From the NCBI RefSeq assembly GCF_006345805.1, contig NW_021833296.1, positions 1 to 64,000 of the forward strand: DNA of 64,000 bases. Direction: 5' to 3'. Every line of letters begins with the position of its first letter. The stretch's first letter is position 1. A model generated the notes under the pieces. It was given only the letters and a program-made list of their open reading frames with translations, was not told the origin of the DNA and made no database searches. Source of the DNA: Octopus sinensis (Eukaryota). Of the stretch, positions 35,518-46,925 are shown one piece after another. A program made the translations under genes and the position numbers.

Positions 35518-38500
35518 TCACACGGTTCCTTGCACGCACAACACTCGTGCAACATACTTCCATCTCTTTCGGAACGTACACTCTGACAGACACCTCTTCT
35601 CCAGCCACAGTTTCCTTTTCAAATGAAAAGAAAAAAAGGATCGTAAATGTCACCAGAGATAAAGTTGCCTGTCTTAATTCCTTTTATCCTAGTATTCCAT
35701 ACAGCCTCTTTTGTTATTGCTACAACCGTGAGAAAACAATTCTTACCTTCGTTCGTTAGAACTCCCGGTGGGTCAATTTTTATAATTGACTCAGTCGACA
35801 GCCGTACTCTTCCTTCGCCGGACAACAGATGTTCAGCATAAGCCCATTTCAGTTATCTCCGGACACTGAACAATAGCGTGAGGGACGGTTTCCCTGTCCC
35901 CACCGCATCTTGGACAGGTCGGCGACTGACGTTTACCATGTCTTGCGAGCTTATCCCAAACGGGCAAGGCACCTCTGTAGCATTGCCAGGTTAAGGACTT
36001 TTGGAAGTTGTCCAACGTTCTCAACCCGAATGTACGATGAAACAAGCTGTCCAGTTGAATAAATCCGAGACCTAGAGTCGACCCCAGGCCATCGTCGCAT
36101 TCAGACTCTACCAACCCACTATATAAAATCCGTGTGGAACCCCCCCGCTGGCGTTGCGCCCGCGACGCCGGAACAGCAAGAGGGCCTTACGGCACTCTTT
36201 ATGCCACTCACTCGACCTCGGTCTACGAGAACACCAGGCTCCTGTTCGCAAAAACTCTTGAACTCAGGGAACATTTGTCTGGCCAGCGGAGACCACACCC
36301 GTTCACTATCCAGGAGAATCCAGAGGTGCCTCAACCTCAACGCATGTCTGCGCATCATTAACCAAGGCATCCCTAACCTCCATTTAAAGGCTTTTGACAG
36401 CAGACAGAGCGTTTCACAAGTGGCGACCTGCCCTTCCACAAAAAGCGAAAGAGCTGTCTCTCCAACCTGATCAACCACGAATCCGGACAGGGCACGACAG
36501 TCAGGCGGTAGGTAATGACCGATGCGATAAACACATTGGCCACTTCCGCCCTCCTTTCATGGATAGCCACCGCCAAGACCAAGTCTTGACTACTGCAGCC
36601 ACCCTGCTCAATACCTCCGTCCAGTTCTTCTCTATCTGGAGGCCTGGTCCAAACCAGACTCCCAGCAACTTAACCGGTCCCTCCGTCCAGCGCCTAACAA
36701 CACTGTCTGAAGGCATCGACTTGCCAACCCAGGTGCCGAGCTGCAAGCCGACCGACTTTTCCCGGTTAATCTTTGCTCCTGCTACCTCCTCGTAAGCCTC
36801 AATAGTCTTACCTACTTCACGTAGGCGTACCACTGTGGTTACACTGATAGTGATATCATCCGCGAAAGCCGTAACAAACTCCTCTAGTCCTGGTTCTCTC
36901 GGGATGCCACTCAACCTTTGCAGTAATGGCTCGAGAGCCATCACATACAAAAGTGGTGAAAGCGGACATCCTTGACGAACCGAGCGTCTGATGCAGAACG
37001 GCTTCGAAAGGAAACCGTTCACCCGAACTATCGAGTCAATGTTGTGGTACAAAGCGATAAACCACCCGAGGAAGCCAAGGCCCAGGCCAAACCGCGCAAG
37101 TACAGTCGCTAGGTATCGATGGTCAACCCTATCAAAAGCTTTAGACTGGTCCAAATGCACCAATGCCTCACCTTTGCCAGATTTATTACCAAACCTCTCT
37201 ATGGTATAGCGAATAGGATGGAGGGTATCCTGAATGGTTCTGCCTGGGATGGCACATGTCTGTGCCTCCCCGACTATACCATTCGCGACACGCGCCAACC
37301 TTTTTGCTAGAACCTTGGCCAAAATCTTCACTTCTGCGTTTAACAGAGTGATGGGCCTGAAATTCTCTAGAACGTCCCCCTGTCCGGGTCCTTTCTGACC
37401 AACGTCACTACTCCCCGGCGCACAGATCTGGGGATAAACCCATTCTGTTTCCAGTTCGCGTACACGTCAGTCAGTAGTTGCCCGAACAAGTCTGGCATAC
37501 ATTTATACAGCTCGTACGGAAGACCATCAAGTCCCGGTAACTTACCCGCTTTACAATCGGCCAAAGCCTCCATCACCTCCTCAAGTGTGATTGGCCCTTC
37601 GCAAGACTCCGCATCCGACCCCGAGAGGCACGGCAGCCCGGTAAGAAAGTCCTCGAGGGCTCTCCCACCACCAGGACCGCCGTCACCCCCGAACAGCTGG
37701 GCGAAGTACTCCCGAAAGACCTCACACATTTTCTCGGGTTCGTTTATCAAGACACCATTTTGATTCATCAAAGACCGAATAGAGGAACTATTTCCTTGCC
37801 GAGCTTCCACCACTCGGGCCCATCCAGCGGCTTTGATTCCTTCACTTCCCATTGCACGTAACTTAGCTCTGGTAATACTTCCCATGTGGTGGGCTTCAAG
37901 ATGCTGGTTTAACTCCAGTCTTTTCACCCTCGCTTGGTCTGTATTACCAGTCCTCCAGGCTTCTTCTAGTTCCTTAACTAGACCATCTCCTATTTTACGT
38001 CCCTTCTTAGCTAAACTTATGCTAAACCTAATAGACTCATATTTGATGGCTCTTTTTAGGGCGTACCACCATTTGTTATTAATGATGGTACCTGTTAATG
38101 CCCTCTGTATTAACATCTTGATCCGCTTTCTGTACTCCTCAATCGCCAAAAGGGACGTATTGAGTTTCCAGTAGCCAGATCCCTGTCTATGCAACTTATC
38201 TACCGTCAGTTTACAGGTAACCATCTTGTGGTCACTGTAGCTGACTAGAAAAAACTGTGGACACTCAACTATGGACTTATCTTTTTCTCTAATTAAAATC
38301 TATCTAGATATGTTCTGGTAGACCCGTCACTATTTGACCACGTCCACTGTGGAATGTTCGGGTGCTCCAACCTATATGGATCTGCTAGCTGAAATTGACT
38401 TAGCAGATCCCGAAAGCCTGGTTACATTTTCTGTTCATGTTCGAGTTTGAGCCAACACAATCTGTGTGTGCTGCACATATTGTATTAGAGTCTCCTAACA

Positions 38501-38911
38501 CTACTAGTGAATGCGACGTGGCTAGGAACTTTCCTAGGCCACGAAAATATTCAGTTTGCGGGCCAATAATGTTTGGTGCATAAATAGCGACCAGCCTGAT
38601 TGTCTTGCCACAACTGAATGTCAAGTCGAGAACGACCAGCCTGCCTTCTGGGTCAGAAAAAACCAACTTTTTCTCGGCTACCCGGTTTCTTTTTAGTAGG
38701 ACCAACACCCACCCCCACCTCCCGCCCGACTCGGAGAAACGTATTTCTCGTAGCCGTTCAGGAGGGGGAGCAGATCTCTTGGCCCCTTCACCCGGGTTTC
38801 CGTTGCAACAATTACATCCAAATTTCTCGACCTGATGTCATTCAGAAAGCGTCCTTGCTTCCAGCTTGACAACAGGCCATGAACATTTAAACAACCAATG
38901 TGAATAGCCAT
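35518..38911 (-). pseudogene. ORF2: AP endonuclease, reverse transcriptase, C-terminal Zn motif; multiple frameshifts
   Basis: CLNVHGL..ATETR, AIYAPN..LGDSN, SGYWKLN, KILAKVLAKRL, LDQSKAFDRVDH, RQGCPLSPLLY, FADD, CPRCGGDRETVPHAIVQC across at least seven broken frames. Confidence 0.93.
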
Positions 38912-40470
38912 CACTTACCTGTTTAATTAGGATTGTCCGTGGAGGGGGACCCTCCACCTTTTTTTTATCCAGGGTCGGAGGTGGACGGTCTTGGGAAATA
39001 GATTTGTCAAAATCCCGTCTCACCACCGACACAGAATTATCAGGTGGAGGGGGAATCTCCCCTTTTCCTTTTCTCGCGGATCGGAGCTGGTAATCCATGA
39101 AATATCGACTTGTTAAAATCTAATCTCAATGAAGATACAGTCTTTCTGTACTTATTTTTAGAATTCTATAAGTCTTATTTGAGACTTCATATATGTCGTA
39201 ATTGATAAATTCCTCTGAAAGGTTATCAATTTTTTTTACAGTCTTTATGAGTTGAATGTCTCTCATGAGCTCAGTATCTTTAGTGTATACGGCTATTATG
39301 CCTTTTTCTTCTTTTTCTCTTCTGGCAGTCTTTTTTGGTCGTTGTTCTGTAGTAGTCGCCGCTCTCGGCTGGGTTGCTGGCTGTATTTTTCTTTTGTTTG
39401 TTGTTTTTTTCTCATCTGTTTCTTCTTTATCTTCTTCCTCTTTGTCTTTTTCTCCTCTTCCTCCTCTTCTTCATTTTCCTTGCAGTTCCTTCGAATGTGG
39501 CCTAATTGACCACATAAAAAACATCGAGGTTTTCGCCCTCAACAAACACCACGAGGTTCTCCTCCCCTACCTCAATTGTCTCAGGATTGTTTGAATTATT
39601 TTAGGGTCCGCTTGAATGAGAAGATTAATTGTTTTACCATCCCAGCGTGGGTTTTCCGTAGCGGTAGCCTGGAGGAGAGTAATTTTTTCTACCTCTTTGA
39701 TTAGGACTGCCGCCAACAACCACATAGGTTCGACCTCTGGCGGGACCCTTGTAATTTTTATTCGCGACGTCCTCATCCCCATATAATAGGGTATTAACTC
39801 CACGTCGTTCGTTTTCAACGTTTCCACTGAGTTCTTGTGTGCTATTTCTTATTGGTGAACCTTACTTCCACCGTTCCGAATTTTTTCCTCTTCTCAGAAA
39901 TACTACGTCGCCAAATATTGGCTTTAAGCACTTTTCTATTTTCTCTTCTGACATTCTTTCAATTTTTCTATTTTGTAGACAATATGTTTTGAAAATTATT
40001 GTTTTTTGCTTTTCTTCCTGTAATAACTTTTGCGGAGGTTCAATTTTCACACTGTTGTCATTTATTTCCATCATTTTGCTGTATTTCATAATTTCGCTTT
40101 TATTCGTCGACAGTATCTGGGTTCCACCCCCAGCAGCCAACGCAAAATTTTTTTTTCCATTTTTTGGTTCTATCTGGATGCTAGGCACATCAATTATTCT
40201 CTTCGACACAATGCCTTTGTTCTCTGGCAAAGTCGGAAACTCTTCTGGTGAAAGTTCTGACGAGCTCTCAGACACATCTCCAAAAATATCAAATATATTA
40301 TCCTCTCTGCTATTCCTTCTTGTAGCGGGGGAAACCCCTATTTCCTTGTCTGTAGTTGGCTCCTCGCCGGACATGTATTTCCTCCTCTCAACAGGAGAAA
40401 CAAGTATTTCTGCTCCAACGGTAGGCTCCATGCTAGACGACATTCTTCCCCCCAAAGGGGGAATGAACAA
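38838..40470 (-). pseudogene. ORF1 (gag-like) with CCHC zinc knuckle; broken
   Basis: Track ORFs 39862-40470 and 39567-39827, plus an untracked frame CFLCGQLGHIRRNC (39482-39523) followed by an E/K-rich segment. Confidence 0.8.
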
Positions 40471-40847
40471 CGCGTGCTACCACAAGCACTAAGTGTTTTC
40501 AATTGAAAACTCCAACAGTTAAGTTATTCAACAGTTTAACAAGAAACAACAGTTGTTAACAATATTAACACCACGAAACAGCAATTCTTACTTCACGAAC
40601 ACATGCGCACCAGACGAAATACGGCTACGCATTTCGCCCGGCGTGCTAACGTTTCTGCCAGCTCGCCGCCTTTGCGCAGGAGGGTGTCTACCGTCAACAC
40701 TTAGGACTTTTGCTCTGGTAACTTTCCTACTATGTATCATGAAGCAGTGAATAACATGATATGCGTGCATTATATTACATATTAATTAAAATGTAACAAA
40801 AGATTTTTTTTTATGTAGCTCATTTATTATTTTATTCGTGTCAGATC

Positions 40848-41788
40848 ATGACACCAAAATGGAAGTCGTCAATTGGGAGAAAAAAACAAGAAACGCTGCT
40901 TCTACTAGTAGTAGGACTCGGTCGGACGAAGCGTACAGACAAGCCGAACAAGAACGAGATACAGAGGCACGGAATGCAAAGCGCCAAAATATAGAAGTGA
41001 GAGACTCTAAGCAACAAAGAAATACCTCAGCACGTCGATCACGTAGGCTAAATCTGACTGTCAGAGATGTAGAACAAGAGGAAAATACTACAGAACGTCG
41101 ATCAAGTAGGCTAACTCCGGCTGTCAGAGATGCAGAACAAGATAACAATACCGCAGCACGTCGGTCAAGTGTTCTACAGTTCGACCTACCGAATAAACCT
41201 TATGAAACTCGAGCACGACTGCGAGTTACGCATGGCAATTGCAAGTCGAAGATGATGAGTTACAAAATATTTCCCTCGCGGATAGTGAAATCGATGAAAT
41301 GATCACAGATTATTACTTAATTGCAGCGCAAGATGATTTTGAGGAAAATAAGATTCCAGTATCACACCGGTCTCACAGCTGAGGCGGCTTTGGAGATTAT
41401 GTATGCCCGCATTGCAAAACGAAACACTGGCCTGCTGAACCAATTTCCCTATGCTGTGAAAATGGGAAAGTTAAAGTTGAGCCTATTCCGAATTTATCAG
41501 ATGATATTCTGGGGCGATAGCAGATTCATAACAAAAATCCGATCATAGAACAATGCACTTGCATTTGCTTCAATTGGATGCAAAATTGATACTTCATCAA
41601 GTGGATTTAATCCAACATTCAAAATACAAGGTAAGGGCCAGACTTGGGATCACATCGGTGTGTTTCTGCCCTCTCTCATGTTCACGCACAGCCAGCCGTA
41701 TGTCGCGATGAGTAAGGCGGCGGATTCAGCTAATTTGAAACTTAGTTGTGGACAAACGGAGACTATTGTTAACAAAGAGGTTTTGTAA
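40848..41788 (+). pseudogene. Helitron RepHel remnant: N-terminus fused to helicase C-terminus
   Basis: MTPKWKSSIGRK.., CPHCKTKHWPAEPISLCCENGKV, IRS*NNALAFASIG..FKIQG joined to KGQTWDHIG..FTHSQPYVAMSK..TIVNKEVL*. Confidence 0.88.
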
Positions 41789-41825
41789 AGATAGGTCCAT
41801 CAATACGTTATATAAATATTTACAT

Positions 41826-42008
41826 ATATATTGGGAGATTTTACGAAAAAAACAAAAGACGAAGACAGGTGCTGTACAAAACAAACAGATGTATTAGTAT
41901 AACGCTCAGGAATAGAAAAAGTATTTTACGTTTCGAGCCTACGCTCTTCTACAGAAAGGGACACAGAAAAAACAAGGAGAGAAAAAAATGTGTGTAGTGA
42001 CTAACGAT
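41826..42008 (-). mobile_element. P2 element with HHR variant, inserted in Helitron 3' region
   Basis: Minus 41924-41957 TTT CTGTAGA A GAG cgtagg CTC GAAAC GTA AAA. Confidence 0.8.
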
Positions 42009-42531
42009 AAGGTACATTATATAGTTTGGCGCTATCAAATATAATAAATAAAATTAAGTACTTTGCAACTTAAATTGTCTCGATTTGCAGCCTGCTCTTA
42101 TCACCCATCGTAGATGGGTAAGTTTGCTAGTATATTATAATAAAAGGGTAAAATCAATACTAATGTTACCTGGTGGTCAATGCGGAAATAAAAACATTAC
42201 AGGTAAATTTTCCAAAATGTTTTATAATTATATACATAATTATAACAAGGGATCGGTTTTAACGCCTAACCACCCACTGCAAAAAGTAGACGCTAAAGCC
42301 CCTATTGGTGGTAAATCGGGGCTTTAGCATCTATTTCTTATATATATATATTATATATATATATATATATATAAATATTTAAGTAGTTGAATGAATTATC
42401 CTAGTATGGATAATTCGGTTAACCGATACCCGGGTAGCAAATTCACGTCAGAAAAACACGGTTGAAGCTACATGCCAAGGGCAGAGATCACGTGCTTTCG
42501 TGTGGAAATTTGTGTGTTATTTTTAATACAA

Positions 42532-42681
42532 ATAAATGAAAGAATGGAGTTGAATGACGATTTAACAAAATTCCTTTATTCTCGACATATGTTTCGAAGA
42601 CTGCATATTCCTAATTTCGAAGGAAATATGTTGAGAATAAAGGAATTTTGTTAAATCGTCGTTCAACTCCATTCTTTCATT

Positions 42682-42684
<3 letters not shown>
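42532..42684. repeat. Inverted repeat, ~60-bp arms, abutting (TA)n
   Basis: ATAAATGAAAGAATGGAGTTGAA(T/C)GACGATTTAACAAAATTCCTTTATTCTC(G/A)ACATAT on both strands. Confidence 0.92.
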
Positions 42685-42746
<62 letters not shown>

Positions 42747-42824
42747 CAACAATTATAAAATCAATCAATAATTACATACACAAGTTCTGTAAGGACTCTC
42801 TTGCACTAGATAGATAGATAGATA

Positions 42825-43409
42825 AGTTTCTTTATTGGCCACACAGGGCTGCACACAGATGGGACAAGTTACAAGGTAGAGCTTTTCTTTTCGGGGATGA
42901 AAAAACAAAATAAAAAAAACAAAAGAAACAAAAAAATGTGGCGTAGGTTTTCGATCAAAAGAGATCGTAAAAGGGAAAAAAGAAAAACAAACGAAAAAAA
43001 AAAACAAAAGAAAAGAAAAAGGAAAAAAGAGGAAAAAGGGGGAGAGGAAAAAAAAACAAACGATCTTTAGGGATCGTGTATCACAGTGTCATGATGTACG
43101 GTGTAAAGGGGGAAGCAGATAAGGTTTATTCGTGGGAAGAAAAGCCTACGAAAAAGACCACGGTAACCTCGGTCATTATTGTTATATGTTACCACATTTG
43201 TTTGCAAGTGGGTAACCCTCTGTTTTCAATTTCTGGGTTCATAGGATTATGCTCAAGGTGGCTTCGTCATTCATACGTGCCATCCTTGCTACATTCACCC
43301 GTCTTTTTTTAAAACGTTCGCTAGACAAAACTTGCCTCTCTACTCTCACTTTCCTTTACAAGTGGTACTTGAAGAAGTTGATGAGAGATTGACCAGAGAG
43401 GAAAGTGTT
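42825..43409 (-). mobile_element. Tx1-like LINE family 2, 5'-truncated, inside (TATC)n
   Basis: Minus frame [41 protein letters not shown] is homologous to the ORF2 end of the 35-40 kb LINE (SFHLKRKLWLEKRCLSECTFRKRWKYVARV); (TAGA)n both sides. Confidence 0.85.
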
Positions 43410-43462
<53 letters not shown>

Positions 43463-43463
43463 G

Positions 43464-43512
<49 letters not shown>

Positions 43513-43559
43513 GTAGTTAGATAGATAGATAGACAGATAGATAGATAGATCGATCGATC

Positions 43560-43598
<39 letters not shown>

Positions 43599-44309
43599 CT
43601 ACAGACATATAGACAGATTAAATTGACTGAGAAAGAGAGAGATAGAGGGTGCTAGAGAGATAGATACATACCAACCTATGTATCTATATACAAACATGCA
43701 CACACACGCACACAAACACACACACATACTCTCTCTCTTACTCTCTCTCTCACACAGATAGAAGCACACACACTCACATTCACTTCAAAGCAGACGCTTA
43801 CTTTGACAATGCCACGAACATATGTTTAATTGCACCTTGTGGCTAGAAGCTCACATGTTCCTGGATCAAATTTACTGCAGGCGACCCTCTTTGTTTCCTG
43901 AGTTCAAGAAGCTGACAGATAAATCTAAAACCGTCTGTGAAAGTCACCTGCTATGGATAGGTTTTTCCTACACAAGGAAGGAAGGAAGGGAGATTCTCCT
44001 ATAATTAATTAAATGACATGAAACCGGAAAATACGGACAGACTTTTAGAGGATGCTTACCTATTGCATTGCATTTAGGTATAAAATCTCACACATTCATA
44101 CAAACTCGCATACACGCGTTGGCACAAATATAGGCACGCATCCGTACCATGCGTTACGCATGCGCACACACACGAAACCCCATTCGTTACGTAATATAAT
44201 GGGATGTTTAGTATTTCTGTTTGCATGTATGTGACGAATGTCGATGTGCATTTATACACATACATGCACATGCGCGCGCACACACACAGACACACAGACA
44301 CACATATAT

Positions 44310-44346
<37 letters not shown>

Positions 44347-44367
44347 TTAAAATTACTAAGTCTCTCT

Positions 44368-44490
44368 AATTACCGTGATTACCGTGACTGACCAGGCTAT
44401 CAGATGTTACGACACATCGCTGGTCACGATGCGCTTCGCATTGTTTTAGCCTTCAGATGACGCCACCCGCTGGCTAAGCGAGCAGGCCAA
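44368..44490 (-). mobile_element. SINE-C 3' part with (CACGGTAAT)2 tail
   Basis: Matches 3' part of 8441-8730. Confidence 0.85.
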
Positions 44491-45052
44491 TATATATAAG
44501 AGCAAAACGCCCCCCGTGTAATGGACGGTGCTGAATCATATCTGCTGAATAAAAAGCAATCAGTGTTTTCTTTTCATTAAAAAAATAATTAAGCATGCCT
44601 TTATTTCTTTAAAATTTTTGTTTTTGTTAAACGAAGTTAAGGCAAAAAAAAAATAATAACTTCTTGAGAAACCAAATAGTCTTTCCTTCCTTCATGCCAA
44701 GTTTGAAGAAAATATCTCTTTTGTATCTTACTTTTTTGGTCTCTTAAATATACTGCATTTTGTGGCATTATTTCAAGCCAGCCGGCTTTTTTCCGCAAAC
44801 TGCACGTGCATTTTTCTCGCGTACACGTAGTATCGATCGCAACAGCTGATGTACTTCCGCGTACGAATGCATGTTCCCACGGCTTTATTCATCGCATTCT
44901 CACCTGGAATCGATTTTTGCAATTTTTTCAAGACTTATACACGCCCTGATACCATCGGTATCTACATATTAAATTTGAGCGCAATCGGATGGAGGATGCC
45001 CGAGATCCTAGAAGACATACACACACAGACAGAACGGATTTTTTATAATAGG
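44491..45052 (-). mobile_element. Possible Helentron/DINE-like non-autonomous element
   Basis: Minus strand begins ACCTATTATAAAAATCCGTTCTGTCTGTGTGTG..CCATCCGATTGCGCTCAAATTT, the layout typical of such elements; boundaries uncertain. Confidence 0.4.
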
Positions 45053-45284
45053 TAAGTAAAACGATATGTAATTGTAAGATGCAAGGATCAAGGTGTAGGA
45101 AGTTAGTACGCTTCGAGCATACCGTTGAGAGTATAAAAAAACAGCTTTTAGGAACAGTAATAGTTGGTTGACGTAGAAGGTTACAGGTCTTTGCCACATC
45201 GAAGTTCGATAAGTTGAAAGAAGTTTTAATTATAGTTCACGGTTAGCAACAAGGGTGACTACGAATGCAAATTGAAATCCAAAT

Positions 45285-45605
45285 TGAAGGGTTCAGTCCC
45301 ATTGGGTGGCACATTGGACAAGTGTCTTCTACTGTAGCCAAAGGCTTCAGAGTGAATTTGATACACGGAAACTGAAAGAAGCCCGTCGCATATATATATA
45401 TGTGTGTGTGTGTGTGTGTTTGTCCCCCCAACATCGCTTCACAACCAATGCTGGCGTGTTAACGTCCCCGTAACTTAGCGGTTTGGACTAAGCGACAGAT
45501 AGAATAAGTACTAGGCTTACAAAGAATAAATCCTGGTGTCGATTTGCTTGGCTAAGGGTGCTGCTCCAGCATGGCAACACTCAAATGACTGAAACAAGTC
45601 AAAGA

Positions 45606-45606
<1 letters not shown>
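45285..45606 (+). mobile_element. SINE-A, 5'-truncated
   Basis: Starts at GGGTTCAGTCCC; body and tail intact. Confidence 0.85.
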
Positions 45607-45671
<65 letters not shown>

Positions 45672-45673
<2 letters not shown>

Positions 45674-45752
45674 CTTCCTTTTCCTGAGCGCCTATTAATA
45701 ATAATACTGTAATTGTTCCATTGTTGTTGTTTTTTTGTTTCCCGTTTGGATT
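45672..45752 (+). mobile_element. P1 partial copy (no HHR), between (TA)n tracts
   Basis: TTCCTGAGCGCCTA..ATAATACT..TTGTTCCA..GTTTGGATTA is the reverse complement of the P1 end at 48898. Confidence 0.65.
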
Positions 45753-45777
45753 AAAATTATATATATATATATATATA

Positions 45778-46499
45778 TTTAAAAAATAGGATAAAATCTT
45801 AATAAGAAATCTTAACAAGAAATTATCGAGTAGTTAGCGTGAAAAACCTCATAAGAGAAAAAAACTGTAAATTTTTTTCTTTGAAAATATTTAATTATAT
45901 TGTATAGATGGCATTATTACACATAAATGCCACACGGTACAATGTGTTTATATTTGGTAGTTATGACTTTAAGAGTCCCTCCTAGCGTGTGGCATTTATG
46001 TGTAATAATGCCCTCTATACAATATAATTAAATATTTTCAAAGAAAACAATTTACAGTTTTTTTGTCTTATGAGGTTTTTCACGATAACTACTCGATAAT
46101 TTCTTGTTAAGATTTCTTATTAAGATTTTATCCTATTTTTAAAATTTGTTCCGAAAAAGCACGTTGTCTCCCGAAATGCAATTCAAAAGAGCCCGCCATT
46201 TACATAAATGTATGATGGGTAAACATTTCCTTACGCTACGATGACGGCGACGGTTGTCCACATGGTATGATGCTTTTGTTTATTTATGATATATTTTGGA
46301 TTCGCTTCACTGAAGAGCAAGGGACGCGTATAACATGTTAATTGCGAAATCACAAGTGATATGGAGCTAAATTCTGTTTTTAAGTAACTCGCTTTGAGAA
46401 TTGCATTCGGTACAATGTGTTTATATTTGGTAGTTATGACTTAAAGAGTCCCTCCTAGCGTGTGGCATTTATGTGTAATAATGCCCTCTATACAATATA
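45778..46499 (+). mobile_element. Non-coding HHR-bearing element: foldback plus 473-bp-period partial tandem repeat
   Basis: Arms 45778-45936 / 45986-46144; 45935-46026 repeated at 46408-46499; (TA)n both sides. Confidence 0.8.
46304..46367 (+). ncRNA. Type I hammerhead ribozyme, canonical core
   Basis: GCTTCA CTGAAGA GCAA..TTGC GAAA TCAC aa GTGA TA TGGAGC; predicted cleavage after A46361. Confidence 0.85.
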
Positions 46500-46510
46500 T
46501 ATATATATAT

Positions 46511-46843
46511 GCTGAAACTCCCTTCCGTCATCATGACTGACCATGGGATTGCACCTAGAAAGTTACCCTCCAAGGCACAAGTTGTTTATGGTAGGCCAGT
46601 AGTCTTCCATACATACCAATCACCCCTCTCCACGCCACCAGTGTTAAGCAAGGGAAAGGCAAAGGCCGATACAGCTTGGCACCTGTGACGTCACAACCGA
46701 TTTCTACAGCTGAGTGAACTAGAGGAACGTGAACTAAATATCTTGCTCAAGAACAAAACGTATTGCCTGGTACAAGAAACGAAGCCACAACCTTACGATA
46801 ATGAGTCCAACACCCTAACCCTAACCACTAAGCCGCGTTCCTG

Positions 46844-46845
<2 letters not shown>
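46511..46845 (-). mobile_element. SINE-D, near complete
   Basis: Minus head CGCGGCTTAGTGGTTAGGGTTAGGGTGTTGGACTCATTATCG.., then GTTCTTGAGCAAGA and a distinct 3' tail. Confidence 0.75.

Positions 46846-46925
<80 letters not shown>

Larger units (their letters stand above)
35269..40609 (-). mobile_element. Full-length Tx1/L1-clade non-LTR retrotransposon (decayed)
   Basis: ORF1 plus ORF2 (APE-RT-CCHC); 14-bp TSD CCAGACGAAATACG at 35255-35268 and 40610-40623; 3' end AATAAAGAAA. Confidence 0.93.
35086..40671 (-). mobile_element. SINE-B split by the LINE (body 35086-35268, head 40610-40671)
   Basis: 21-bp TSD with 1 mismatch, TTGCGCAGGAG(A/G)GTGTCTACC at 35065-35085 and 40672-40692. Confidence 0.92.
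34551..42130 (+). mobile_element. Internally deleted Helitron hosting nested insertions
   Basis: RepHel N- and C-terminal motifs at 40848-41788; 3' hairpin ACCCATC-GTA-GATGGGT (42103-42119) then CTAG|T at 42127-42131; ~293-bp tandem unit (34658, 34951) continues at 40693 after the SINE/LINE block. The 5' boundary is inferred; no canonical TC seen. Confidence 0.75.

Noticed and set aside
38905-38925. Perfect splice donor CAG|GTAAGT just before the ORF2 ATG of the LINE
   Set aside because: Single motif with no identified acceptor; may be chance.
43850-43990. Possible small minus-strand host exon (polypyrimidine tract, AG, later GTGAG)
   Set aside because: The best acceptor leads to stops in all three frames; no protein similarity recognised.
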